Source: Saprospiraceae bacterium (GTDB lineage: Bacteria > Bacteroidota > Bacteroidia > Chitinophagales > Saprospiraceae). From it: DNA of 64,000 bases. The notes under the pieces were generated by a model. The model searched no databases. It was not told the DNA's origin and was given only the letters and a program-made list of their open reading frames with translations. Position 1 is the first letter of the stretch; every line of letters starts with the position of its first letter. The DNA lies in NCBI GenBank assembly GCA_015490715.1, contig WFXH01000106.1, positions 2,177 through 66,176 of the forward strand, given 5' to 3'. Positions 9,266 to 18,432 of this stretch are shown here, piece by piece. Both the position numbers and the translations under genes were made by a program.

Positions 9266-9955
9266 TTACTGCACTTTTTCTGTGGTCGTGCCGACGACTT
9301 TGAAGCGCAGACCGATTTCGTCGTTGATGAATTTGTCTTTGAGGTTGTCAAAAAACTTTTTCGACTTGTATTTGATGCCGAATTCGGTTCGGTCGATGAT
9401 GAAGGGAAGGGATTCGATGGTACAAGTGCGGTCTTGACAGTGGAATTTGATTTTAAATTTAATCGGCTTGGAGATGCCTTTGACAATGAGTGTGCCCGTT
9501 ACTTCATGGGTTGCGCCGTCTTGATCGTTGTTAAGAGGGGTAATTTTATGGGTGATAAAGCTGGCTCGGGGGTATTTGTCGACTTCGAAGAAGTCTTCGC
9601 TGCGGAGGTGGTTTTCGAGTTTTGCTTTCCATTCGCCTTCGAGGTCGTGGTTTTCGATAGTGGTCATGTCGATGACCACTTTGCCGTTGACGAGTTGGCC
9701 GTTGAGGACGCCGAATTCTCCATCTTCGATTTTAACGATGCCGTTGTGCGTACCTGTGGGTTTGGACCCTTCCCAGTAGACAAGGCTTTGGGAGGTGTCG
9801 ATTTTATACGTTTGGACATCCTCCATTTTAATATGGGGGATGTTGCTCACGGCTTCATCTTTGGAGATATGTGCTTTTTCGCCTTTAGGTTTAGTGTCAC
9901 AGGCGAGCAGGGTAGCTGAGCTGAATGCGATAAAGAGCAGATGGTTTGCTTTCAT
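9266..9955 (-). CDS. YceI family lipoprotein
   Basis: Lipobox 'ATLLAC'. YceI-like 'HEVTGTLIVKGISKPIKFKIKF' and 'SEDFFEVDKYPRASF'. Its start overlaps the bshA stop by 4 nt. Confidence 0.75.
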   Translation of the reverse strand: MKANHLLFIAFSSATLLACDTKPKGEKAHISKDEAVSNIPHIKMEDVQTYKIDTSQSLVYWEGSKPTGTHNGIVKIEDGEFGVLNGQLVNGKVVIDMTTIENHDLEGEWKAKLENHLRSEDFFEVDKYPRASFITHKITPLNNDQDGATHEVTGTLIVKGISKPIKFKIKFHCQDRTCTIESLPFIIDRTEFGIKYKSKKFFDNLKDKFINDEIGLRFKVVGTTTEKVQ

Positions 9956-11124
9956 GTTGATGGCGTTTTGACGTTTTGTATTACTCCAGCATACAACGCC
10001 TCGTACTGGGGCAATATTTTATGGATGTGAAAGGCATCGGCACGCTTACGCGCATTGTAGGACATTTGATTGTACAGCTGAGCATCTTGGAGTAATTGCA
10101 GGGCGCGTTGGCACATGTGGTCGATGTGGCCGACATCGACGAGGAATCCCGATTTTTCGTCGTCGACGACTTCGGGCACGCCTCCTACGCGGGTGGCTAT
10201 GACGGGCACTCCCGAGGCCATGGCTTCGAGGAGCACCAGGCCAAAGCTCTCACTTTCGGAGGCATGGAGCATGAGATCGGATGCACTCAGTAGGGCATGG
10301 ATGGAGTCCATCTTGCCGAGGAAGTGCACGCGATGACAGATTTTGTATTCGCGGCATTTGTTTTCGAGGCTCAGGCGCGTGGGACCATCGCCGACGAGGA
10401 GAAGTACAGAGGGTATCGACTTTTGGATGCATACAAAGGCTTCGAGGACGTCTTCGACGCGTTTGAGCGGCCGAAAGTTGGAGATGTGGATGAGGATTCT
10501 TTCGCCGTTGGGGGCGAAGTGCTGGCGGATTTTGCGTACGATTTCGGGAGGGGGTGTTTGATGTCGGGAAGGCACGAAGTTGTAGATCACATCGATATGG
10601 CGTTGGATACCGAACTTTTGGATGGTTTCGCCTTTGAGGAAGTGGGACACGGCTGTGACGCGGTCGGAGTGCATGATGCCGAATTTTACGACGGGAAAAT
10701 AGGAGGGATCCTTGCCCGTGAGGGTGATGTCGGTGCCGTGTAGGGTGAGCACCACGGGCACATGACGCTTGTAGTCGCGCAGGATTTGTTTGGCTAAATA
10801 TCCTGCTGTGGCATGTGGAATGGCATAATGGACGTGAAAGAGGTCGAGCTTTTCATACAATCCGATGTCCACCATTTTACTGACCAGGGCTGATTCGTAA
10901 GGGGCATAGTCGAAGAGGGGATACGGGGCAGGTGTGACTTCGTGATAGTAGACGTTGAGGGCATCCGAGTTGAGTCGAGCGGGTCGGTCGTAGCTGATAA
11001 AATGTACAGCGTGGCCCTTTTCAGCAAGGGCGAGGCCGAGCTCGGTCGCAATGATGCCGCTACCTCCGTAAGTGGGATAACATACAATGCCGATTTTCAA
11101 GCCCTGTCGATTGGAGTTGTTCAT
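9952..11124 (-). CDS. bshA: N-acetyl-alpha-D-glucosaminyl L-malate synthase (bacillithiol biosynthesis GT4)
   Basis: '[37 protein letters not shown]' and '[32 protein letters not shown]' are characteristic of BshA. Confidence 0.85.
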   Translation of the reverse strand: MNNSNRQGLKIGIVCYPTYGGSGIIATELGLALAEKGHAVHFISYDRPARLNSDALNVYYHEVTPAPYPLFDYAPYESALVSKMVDIGLYEKLDLFHVHYAIPHATAGYLAKQILRDYKRHVPVVLTLHGTDITLTGKDPSYFPVVKFGIMHSDRVTAVSHFLKGETIQKFGIQRHIDVIYNFVPSRHQTPPPEIVRKIRQHFAPNGERILIHISNFRPLKRVEDVLEAFVCIQKSIPSVLLLVGDGPTRLSLENKCREYKICHRVHFLGKMDSIHALLSASDLMLHASESESFGLVLLEAMASGVPVIATRVGGVPEVVDDEKSGFLVDVGHIDHMCQRALQLLQDAQLYNQMSYNARKRADAFHIHKILPQYEALYAGVIQNVKTPST

Positions 11125-11288
11125 AAATGCAAGAGCTTTGATGGTTGTCTATTATAACATTTATCGTTCAAAATGGGGGTACAAGTATCGACTGTTATCC
11201 GTTGTATAAAGTGAAATTAATACGACAGGGCCATTGAACATATTTTTTATCACGGTCTTTAAAGAGGTAGACGTCTTTTAGGGAGTGT

Positions 11289-12470
11289 ATGAAATGGCAG
11301 TTGGTGTATATCCGTACAGAGCCATCGTTGAAGGAAGAGATGGATCGTCTCCTTCGGGAGGGGCGTTATCCCCATGCGGTGATGTTTTACGGTCCGTCGG
11401 GGTCACCAAAGGTCCGCTTGGCCCTGGGGTGGGCAAGTGCATTGCTGTGTCTGGCGGCTGACCAGCGGCGTCCGTGTGGTCGGTGCCGATCCTGCCGACA
11501 AATGGAGCAGTTGATGCATCCTGATCTACACTGTGTAGTGCCGGTGCCATCGGGTTATGCCCGTGTGGGAGAAGTGTTGAAATGGTGGACAGAGAGCATT
11601 GTCGAACATCCCGAACTACAGCTCACAGAGTGGGTGGACATTCTTCAGTCGCGGGCAAGTAAGAAGAAAGATGCAGAAAGTGCCACCAGTCCTGTGTCAG
11701 GGGGTAGCCGGAGGGCGCGTGCCAACATTTCTGCGGAGGCGCTTCTCGATGCGATGGACAACATGTACCTCAAGAGCTATGAAGGTGGGGCAAAGGTGCT
11801 CTTTGTGTGGATGCCGGAATATTTAGGCAAGGAAGGCAATCGCTTGCTCAAGCTGGTCGAAGAGCCCCCCGACGATGCGTATATCGTCTTTGTAGCTGAA
11901 AAGCTCCATCCGATATTGCCTACACTGCTCTCAAGGGTGTGGAAATTTCGCGTTCCTCCCTATTCGAAGGAGGATTTACTGCATGTGCTGGAGGAGTCAT
12001 CGGTGGGCGTGGATCATTTCATGGATGTAGAAGGCTTTGACGGGAGGGATTACGAGGGGGTGCGCTATTTTATGCAAGGGGATCATCTGGAATACCTCGA
12101 GCGATGGATGGAGGGCATCATGAAGGGGGATCGCCTCTTGTGGCGCAAGGAGGCCGATGCCCTTCAAAGGCGCAGTACGGATGATATCCTTGCCCTGCTA
12201 AAAGGATGGCTCTTTGTGCTGCAAAAGGGGCTGGAATGGCGTGCCTCAAGCAAGGAAGGAGCGCATTTTCTCTTTAAAGAGCGGAATATAATTCGCAACT
12301 TTGCGGAAAAAGTACCACTTTCGGTGTTAGCAGGAATGCAAAGTGTACTCGAACAGTCCATTGCGGATATTCGGCGCAATGTACAGGTGCGATTGTGGTA
12401 CATGTATTTTAATCATGAAATGGAGGCCTTGTGGAAGAGTGCAAGGCGTCAAAAAATGATAGCTGAATGA
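11289..12470 (+). CDS. holB: DNA polymerase III subunit delta'
   Basis: 'GRYPHAVMFYGPSGSPK', zinc module 'CGRCRSCRQMEQLMHPDLH' and 'LLKLVEEPP...TLLSRV'. Confidence 0.85.
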   Translation: MKWQLVYIRTEPSLKEEMDRLLREGRYPHAVMFYGPSGSPKVRLALGWASALLCLAADQRRPCGRCRSCRQMEQLMHPDLHCVVPVPSGYARVGEVLKWWTESIVEHPELQLTEWVDILQSRASKKKDAESATSPVSGGSRRARANISAEALLDAMDNMYLKSYEGGAKVLFVWMPEYLGKEGNRLLKLVEEPPDDAYIVFVAEKLHPILPTLLSRVWKFRVPPYSKEDLLHVLEESSVGVDHFMDVEGFDGRDYEGVRYFMQGDHLEYLERWMEGIMKGDRLLWRKEADALQRRSTDDILALLKGWLFVLQKGLEWRASSKEGAHFLFKERNIIRNFAEKVPLSVLAGMQSVLEQSIADIRRNVQVRLWYMYFNHEMEALWKSARRQKMIAE

Positions 12471-13708
12471 GACAGGACGTACAAGGAGATATATATCGAG
12501 TTGAAAAACGCGATGTGCGAAAGGGATGTGGTAAGTCGGGCATGTGCACAGTGCTCGGCTGCACGCGGCTGAGCACTGTCGATTGGTTGAGTTTGTTCGA
12601 CATCGAGGATCCCGAGCCCTTCGATTGCCACGAGGTGAGTTTTAAAAATGGAGCGACTAAGGGATTTTTTCGCAATGCCCGCAAGCTGGACATCTACACG
12701 GGCCAGTGGGTGGTGGTCGATACGGGCAATGGCAGAGATGTGGGCATAGTGACGCTGTCGGGTGAGCTTGCGCGATTGCAGATGAAAAAAAAGGGCATAG
12801 CCGAAGAGCATGTCGAGCACAACATCATACGTCACGCTACCGAGCAGGACTTACGGCGCATGGAAGAGGCGCGCCAGCGCGACAAGGAGGCGCTCATCAA
12901 GGCGCGCGTGATCATTCGCTCCTTAGGGCTGGACATGAGTTTGGGCGATGTGCAGTATCAGGCAGACTTGCGCAAGGCGACATTTTATTACACCGCTAAG
13001 GAGCGCGTCGACTTTCGAGAGCTGGTAAAAAAATTGGCTCGAGAATTTCGTATCAAGGTAGAGATGCGCCAGATTGGGGTGCGGCAGGAGTCGGCACGCA
13101 TCGGAGGCTTAGGGTCATGTGGGAGAGAGCTGTGTTGTTCGACGTGGTTGACCGAATTTAAGTCGGTGTCTACCTCAGCTGCGCGCTATCAAAATCTCGT
13201 CGTCAACCCCTCCAAACTCACAGGTCAATGTGGGAGGCTGAAGTGTTGTCTCAATTACGAACTCGATACTTATTTGGAAGCATTGCTCGACTTTCCCCTC
13301 AATGCGGAGGTGATTAAGCTCAAGGAGGGGCATGCGCGCTTGGTGAAGATGGACATTTTTAAAGGCTTGATGTACTATGTCAAGGAGATCGGCGATACGC
13401 GCAGCGTCATCACTCCGCTTACTAAGGAACAAGTACGCCAGTTGATCAAGCTCAACGAAGAGGGCATATTCCCGGCCGATTTGAAGGACGAGGCTAAGAC
13501 GAAAGCCGAAAGACAAGAAGGCAGGCCGAAGACCGCGTTGGATTCCCTTTCGACGGAATTTGTCTTGGAGCTCGATCAGCTCGAAAAGGAAACGCGTTCG
13601 CGTACGTCGAAAAAGTCGTCGGGTAAAAAGCAAGCTTCGGGGCAAGAGCAAAAGAAAAAGAGGCGTAGAAGACGCAAACCACCACATAACAAGACGAGAA
13701 AAAAATAG
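12467..13708 (+). CDS. PSP1 domain protein (YaaT/RicT-like)
   Basis: 'VQYQADLRKATFYYTAKERVDFRELVKKLAREFRIKVEMRQIG' and 'GGLGSCGRELCCSTWL...CGRLKCCLNYE'. ATGA overlap with the holB stop. K/R-rich tail. Confidence 0.85.
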   Translation: MRQDVQGDIYRVEKRDVRKGCGKSGMCTVLGCTRLSTVDWLSLFDIEDPEPFDCHEVSFKNGATKGFFRNARKLDIYTGQWVVVDTGNGRDVGIVTLSGELARLQMKKKGIAEEHVEHNIIRHATEQDLRRMEEARQRDKEALIKARVIIRSLGLDMSLGDVQYQADLRKATFYYTAKERVDFRELVKKLAREFRIKVEMRQIGVRQESARIGGLGSCGRELCCSTWLTEFKSVSTSAARYQNLVVNPSKLTGQCGRLKCCLNYELDTYLEALLDFPLNAEVIKLKEGHARLVKMDIFKGLMYYVKEIGDTRSVITPLTKEQVRQLIKLNEEGIFPADLKDEAKTKAERQEGRPKTALDSLSTEFVLELDQLEKETRSRTSKKSSGKKQASGQEQKKKRRRRRKPPHNKTRKK

Positions 13709-13711
13709 TCT

Positions 13712-16549
13712 ATGGAGACAAACTCTTTCGTGTGGAGGCATATCGGACCGAGGCCTTCAGATATTGCCTCCATGTTGGAAGCGTTGGGTTTAGATTCCTT
13801 GGAGGCTCTCGTCGACAAGATTGTGCCGGGGGATATTCGCTTGGAGCAGGCCATAGAGCTTCCGCCAGCCATGAGCGAGTGGGAGTTTGCCCATCACATA
13901 CGTAAGATAGCGGATAAGAATCGCGTGTTTCGTTCTTTTATCGGTCAGGGGTACTATCGCACCATTATGCCGGCGGTCATTCGGCGCAATGTGTTGGAAA
14001 ATCCGGCTTGGTATACGCCGTATACGCCCTATCAGGCGGAAATTGCGCAAGGTCGATTGGAGGCTATGTTGCTCTTTCAGACAGTAGTGTCGGAGCTGAC
14101 GGGCTTGCCGCTTGCCAATGCCTCTTTGCTCGATGAAGGCACGGCCGTTGCCGAAGCAGTATTGATGTGCCATCGTCTTGCGACGAAAAAGTATAGGAAA
14201 CAGCCCCGCAATAAGGTACTCATTGACGAGGGGCTCTTTGATCAGTCTTTTGAAGTGGTAAAGACGAGATGTCGGGCTTTGCAGATCGAATGGCAGTACA
14301 GTAACATCACTGAGGATCTCCTCGATGAGCGGTGTTTTGCTGTGGTATTGCAGTATCCCGACAAACACGGCAATGTGCGCAATTACGAAGGAATCATACG
14401 TGCAGCACAGGCCAAGGGTGTGTATGTGGTCGTAGCGGCAGATTTGTTGGCGTTGGCCCTGTTAGAGCCGCCTGGGGCATGGGGCGCGGACGTCGTGGTG
14501 GGATCTTCTCAGCGTTTTGGCATCCCGATGATGTACGGTGGGCCCCATGCGGCATATTTTGCCACTAAGATGGAATATAAGCGACAGGTGCCGGGGCGCA
14601 TCATTGGCGTTTCGGTCGACAAACACGGCAATCCCGCTTACCGCATGGCCCTTCAGACGCGCGAGCAGCACATCCGACGCGAAAGAGCCACCTCCAATAT
14701 TTGTACGGCTCAAGCCCTGCTGGCCACTCTGGCAGCTATGTATGCCGTCTATCACGGACCCCAGGGATTGACCAATATCGCTCGACGCATCCACGCGATG
14801 ACCGTAGCTCTGTATAAGACGTTGATCGCAAGGGGGCTGAAGGTCGTCAACCGCACATTCTTTGACACCCTCACGGTAGAAGTGTCCGATAGTGCGGTAG
14901 TGCAAAAGCGCTCTGCAGAACGAGAGCTCAATTTTTTCTATCGCGACGGCAAGGTTGTACTCAGTCTGGATGAATGCACGACAGCACAAGACCTGCGCGA
15001 TATCGTATGGTGCTTGACGGGTGAGGAAGCGACAGTAAATGTAGTCGACCATGCAATCGAAATTCCATCGGAATTGCAGCGTGAAGGGGGGTTTTTGCAT
15101 CAGGAGGTGTTTCATCGCTATCACTCCGAGACGGAGATGATGCGATTTATCAAGCAGCTCGAGACAAAGGATCTCTCGCTGGTGCATGCCATGATACCAC
15201 TGGGATCTTGTACGATGAAGCTCAATGCGGCTTCGGAGCTTACACCTATCAGCTGGGAGGAATTTGGCGAGATGCACCCGTTTGCGCCGCCTGAGCAGGC
15301 CGAAGGATATCTCCAGCTCATTGCTGCGTTGGAGGAATATCTGTGTCGCCTGACGGGATTGGATGCGTGCTCACTGCAGCCCAATTCGGGGGCGCAGGGC
15401 GAATATGCGGGATTGTTGGCGATAAAGCGGTACCATCACAGCCGGGGAGAAGGGCATAGAAATGTAGTGTTAATACCTCGCAGTGCCCATGGAACCAATC
15501 CTGCCAGCGCGGTCATGGCGGGATTGGAGGTGGTCTTTGTGGATTGCGATGAGAGAGGCAATATCGTCGTAGCCGATTTGGAGGCCAAGGCGGAAGAGCA
15601 TCGCGACTGCCTCGCGGCCCTAATGGTGACGTATCCCTCGACCTATGGAGTCTATGAGTCAGCTATCCGCCGGATTTGTGCCATCGTGCACGAACATGGA
15701 GGATTGGTCTATATGGACGGTGCCAACATGAATGCCCAGCTCGGCATCACTACACCAGCGAAGATTGGTGCTGATGTGTGTCATCTCAACCTCCACAAGA
15801 CCTTTGCCATACCGCATGGGGGAGGTGGGCCGGGTGTAGGGCCTATTTGTGTCAACAAAAAGTTGAAGCCCTTTTTACCGGGCCATATTTACGCTCCGAT
15901 GAAGGGAATGTCCAGGGAATGGGCTGTTTCGTCGGCGCCTTTTGGCAGTGCGGGTATCTTGCCGATCTCCTATGCTTTTATACGCCTGATGGGGGCAGAC
16001 GGTCTCAAATTAGCGGCGCAGGTGGCGATGCTCAACGCCAATTACATGAAGAAGCGGTTGGAAGAAGCCTTTCCCGTGCTGTTTGTCGGAGAAAACGACA
16101 TGGTGGCCCATGAATTCATCTTAGACCTTCGCCCTTACAAAGACATCGTGCATGTCGAAGATGTGGCCAAGCGCTTGATGGATTATTCCTTTCACGCTCC
16201 GACGATATCCTTTCCCGTTGCCAATACCTTTATGATTGAGCCGACGGAGAGTGAGAGCAAGGCGGAAATTGACCGCTTCTGCGATGCCATGCTTCAAATC
16301 AAGGAGGAAATTTTAAAAATTGTGCGTGGGGAGTACGATGCAAGAGACAATCCGATCCATCAAGCGCCCCATACGCTGCAAGAAATTGCCTCTGACGAGT
16401 GGTCTCACCGTTACACTCGTCGGGAAGCGGCGTATCCCATGGAGGAGTTGAAACACCGCAAGTTTTGGCCATCGGTGGGACGCATCGACAATGCCTACGG
16501 TGATCGGCATCTTCAGCCGAGTTGTGGACTGCAGGAGTTATGCGTTTGA
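13712..16549 (+). CDS. gcvP: Glycine dehydrogenase (decarboxylating), single-chain P protein
   Basis: 945 aa. 'PYQAEIAQGRLEAMLLFQ', 'TREQHIRRERATSNICT' and 'HLNLHKTFAIPHGGGGPG' (PLP lysine region). Confidence 0.96.
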   Translation: METNSFVWRHIGPRPSDIASMLEALGLDSLEALVDKIVPGDIRLEQAIELPPAMSEWEFAHHIRKIADKNRVFRSFIGQGYYRTIMPAVIRRNVLENPAWYTPYTPYQAEIAQGRLEAMLLFQTVVSELTGLPLANASLLDEGTAVAEAVLMCHRLATKKYRKQPRNKVLIDEGLFDQSFEVVKTRCRALQIEWQYSNITEDLLDERCFAVVLQYPDKHGNVRNYEGIIRAAQAKGVYVVVAADLLALALLEPPGAWGADVVVGSSQRFGIPMMYGGPHAAYFATKMEYKRQVPGRIIGVSVDKHGNPAYRMALQTREQHIRRERATSNICTAQALLATLAAMYAVYHGPQGLTNIARRIHAMTVALYKTLIARGLKVVNRTFFDTLTVEVSDSAVVQKRSAERELNFFYRDGKVVLSLDECTTAQDLRDIVWCLTGEEATVNVVDHAIEIPSELQREGGFLHQEVFHRYHSETEMMRFIKQLETKDLSLVHAMIPLGSCTMKLNAASELTPISWEEFGEMHPFAPPEQAEGYLQLIAALEEYLCRLTGLDACSLQPNSGAQGEYAGLLAIKRYHHSRGEGHRNVVLIPRSAHGTNPASAVMAGLEVVFVDCDERGNIVVADLEAKAEEHRDCLAALMVTYPSTYGVYESAIRRICAIVHEHGGLVYMDGANMNAQLGITTPAKIGADVCHLNLHKTFAIPHGGGGPGVGPICVNKKLKPFLPGHIYAPMKGMSREWAVSSAPFGSAGILPISYAFIRLMGADGLKLAAQVAMLNANYMKKRLEEAFPVLFVGENDMVAHEFILDLRPYKDIVHVEDVAKRLMDYSFHAPTISFPVANTFMIEPTESESKAEIDRFCDAMLQIKEEILKIVRGEYDARDNPIHQAPHTLQEIASDEWSHRYTRREAAYPMEELKHRKFWPSVGRIDNAYGDRHLQPSCGLQELCV

Positions 16550-16558
16550 TGAAGTGTC

Positions 16559-17539
16559 ATGACTGGCCAGGTTGTCGTCACCGGTGCAGCGGGATTTATC
16601 GGGAGCTGTTTGATCGCGCATCTCAACCGACATTTTCCTCAGCTCGACATTATTGCGGTTGATGATTTTCGGCGCCCTGATAAATCAGCCAATTATCGCA
16701 ACGCTCGCGTACTGCGTTTTATACCGCGACAACAATTTTATACCCACCTTCCCGACGGGAAGGGTATTGTAGGTGTCTTTCATCTGGGAGCGCGTACCGA
16801 TACGATGGAGCGCGATTGGAAGCTCCTCAGCCGGCTCAATCTCGAACCGTCAAAGGTGTTGTGGAGCTGGTGCGCACGGCATTCGATACCTTTGGTGTAC
16901 GCATCGAGTGCAGCGACCTACGGAGATGGTCGATGGGGCTTTGTCGATCGGCACGATATTGTCGCTGCACTCCAACCACTCAATGCATATGGAAAGAGCA
17001 AAAACGAATTTGACAAGTGGGCATTGCAGCAAGCCGAGGCCCCTCCCCATTGGTATGGGGTAAAATTTTTCAACGTCTTTGGCCCTAACGAATACCACAA
17101 GGGCCGGATGGCTTCGGTGGTGTGGCATGGCTTTCAACAAATACGGCGCGATGGGGTGTTGCGCCTATTTAAGAGCTATCGCTCGGACTATGCCGATGGC
17201 GAGCAATGTCGGGATTTTATCTACGTACGCGATGCCCTGCGGATCATCATTCACCTCTGGCAGATGCGGCCGGCAAGTGGACTGTACAATGCAGGCACAG
17301 GCAAGTCGGAGACCTTCAATGCATTGGGAGAGGCCCTCTTTGAAGCGATGGGTGTACCTCCACGCATAGAATATATCGACATGCCTGTGGATGTACGACA
17401 GCATTATCAGTACTATACGCGAGCTGATATGACAAAGCTCGGACAAACGGGGTTTGACCTCACTGGTATGATGAGCCTTCGCGAGGCTGTGCGGGAGTAC
17501 GTTCGAGCATACCTCTTGCGTAGAAGACATTTTTCATAG
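16559..17539 (+). CDS. hldD: ADP-L-glycero-D-manno-heptose 6-epimerase
   Basis: 'VVTGAAGFIGS', 'YASSAATYG', 'NAYGKSKNEFD', 'FNVFGPNEYHKGRMASVV', 'RDFIYVRD'. Confidence 0.88.
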   Translation: MTGQVVVTGAAGFIGSCLIAHLNRHFPQLDIIAVDDFRRPDKSANYRNARVLRFIPRQQFYTHLPDGKGIVGVFHLGARTDTMERDWKLLSRLNLEPSKVLWSWCARHSIPLVYASSAATYGDGRWGFVDRHDIVAALQPLNAYGKSKNEFDKWALQQAEAPPHWYGVKFFNVFGPNEYHKGRMASVVWHGFQQIRRDGVLRLFKSYRSDYADGEQCRDFIYVRDALRIIIHLWQMRPASGLYNAGTGKSETFNALGEALFEAMGVPPRIEYIDMPVDVRQHYQYYTRADMTKLGQTGFDLTGMMSLREAVREYVRAYLLRRRHFS

Positions 17540-17625
17540 AAGATTTCGCTGCTGGCGAGACGGACAGAGTAAGAGATGTGGGAATCCGCTGAAAGTATTA
17601 ACTTTCGGATAGGAAATGTGGACGG

Positions 17626-18426
17626 ATGAAGATTGTTTTTCCCACGGACTTTTCGGATGCTGCGCTACACGCATTTAGTTATGTGCGGGAACTCGCTGAG
17701 GAGCTCAATGCGGTCGTATCCTTAGTGCATGTGTACGACATGCCGGTGCTGCAGGGGGATTCGGATTTTCTCAATTTGGAGGAGCTCTTAGAAGAGCGTC
17801 GTCAGAAGGCGGAGATGAACTTAAAGGCATTGGCGGGGCTTTTGCCCTTTCACAGGGTGGGGGAGATGCAAGCGGTGTTTGGCATGTTTGTGCCCGATGA
17901 GATCGTCGCATTTGCTGAGCAGGTGCGAGCGGATATGATCGCCATGGGTGCCAAGGGCGAACACTCGCTCATCGAAAAAATTTTGGGTAGCGTGACGACG
18001 CACACGATGTTGAAGTCGCCTGTTCCGGTGTTGTCCATACCCCACGAGGCGGAGTACCGCGGTGTGCGGCGCATTGCCTATGCTACGGATTTGCATCCGC
18101 ACTCGTGGGTGCCGCTGGGATTTCTCAAGCAGATCGCCCAAAAGCTCAATGCGGAGATACGCGTCGTGCACGTGCGCACGCCGGATTATCCATCGGATGA
18201 GGCCATGCTCGAAGTGCCGGCCAGTGGGGATGAAGCGGTGCAGATGGATATCATCGAGCATGAAGATGTGGAGTGCGCGCTCAACGATTACATACAAAGG
18301 GAGCAGATCGACTGGCTGGGGATGTTTATACCGCGCAGGCGATTATGGGAGCGCTTGTTCCACCGGTCGCTGTCGAAGCGCATGTTTTTTCATTCGTCGG
18401 TTCCACTCCTGACGTTTCGTGGATAG
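17626..18426 (+). CDS. Universal stress protein (tandem Usp domains)
   Basis: Two Usp-like halves: 'KIVFPTDFSDAA...AMGAKGEHSLIEKILGSVTTHTMLKSPVPVL' and 'RIAYATDL...'. Confidence 0.75.
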   Translation: MKIVFPTDFSDAALHAFSYVRELAEELNAVVSLVHVYDMPVLQGDSDFLNLEELLEERRQKAEMNLKALAGLLPFHRVGEMQAVFGMFVPDEIVAFAEQVRADMIAMGAKGEHSLIEKILGSVTTHTMLKSPVPVLSIPHEAEYRGVRRIAYATDLHPHSWVPLGFLKQIAQKLNAEIRVVHVRTPDYPSDEAMLEVPASGDEAVQMDIIEHEDVECALNDYIQREQIDWLGMFIPRRRLWERLFHRSLSKRMFFHSSVPLLTFRG

Positions 18427-18432
18427 AGGAGT

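Noticed and set aside
13560-13711. Glycine riboswitch upstream of gcvP
   Set aside because: gcvP starts 3 nt after the PSP1 stop, so the whole upstream region is coding and there is no room for an aptamer.
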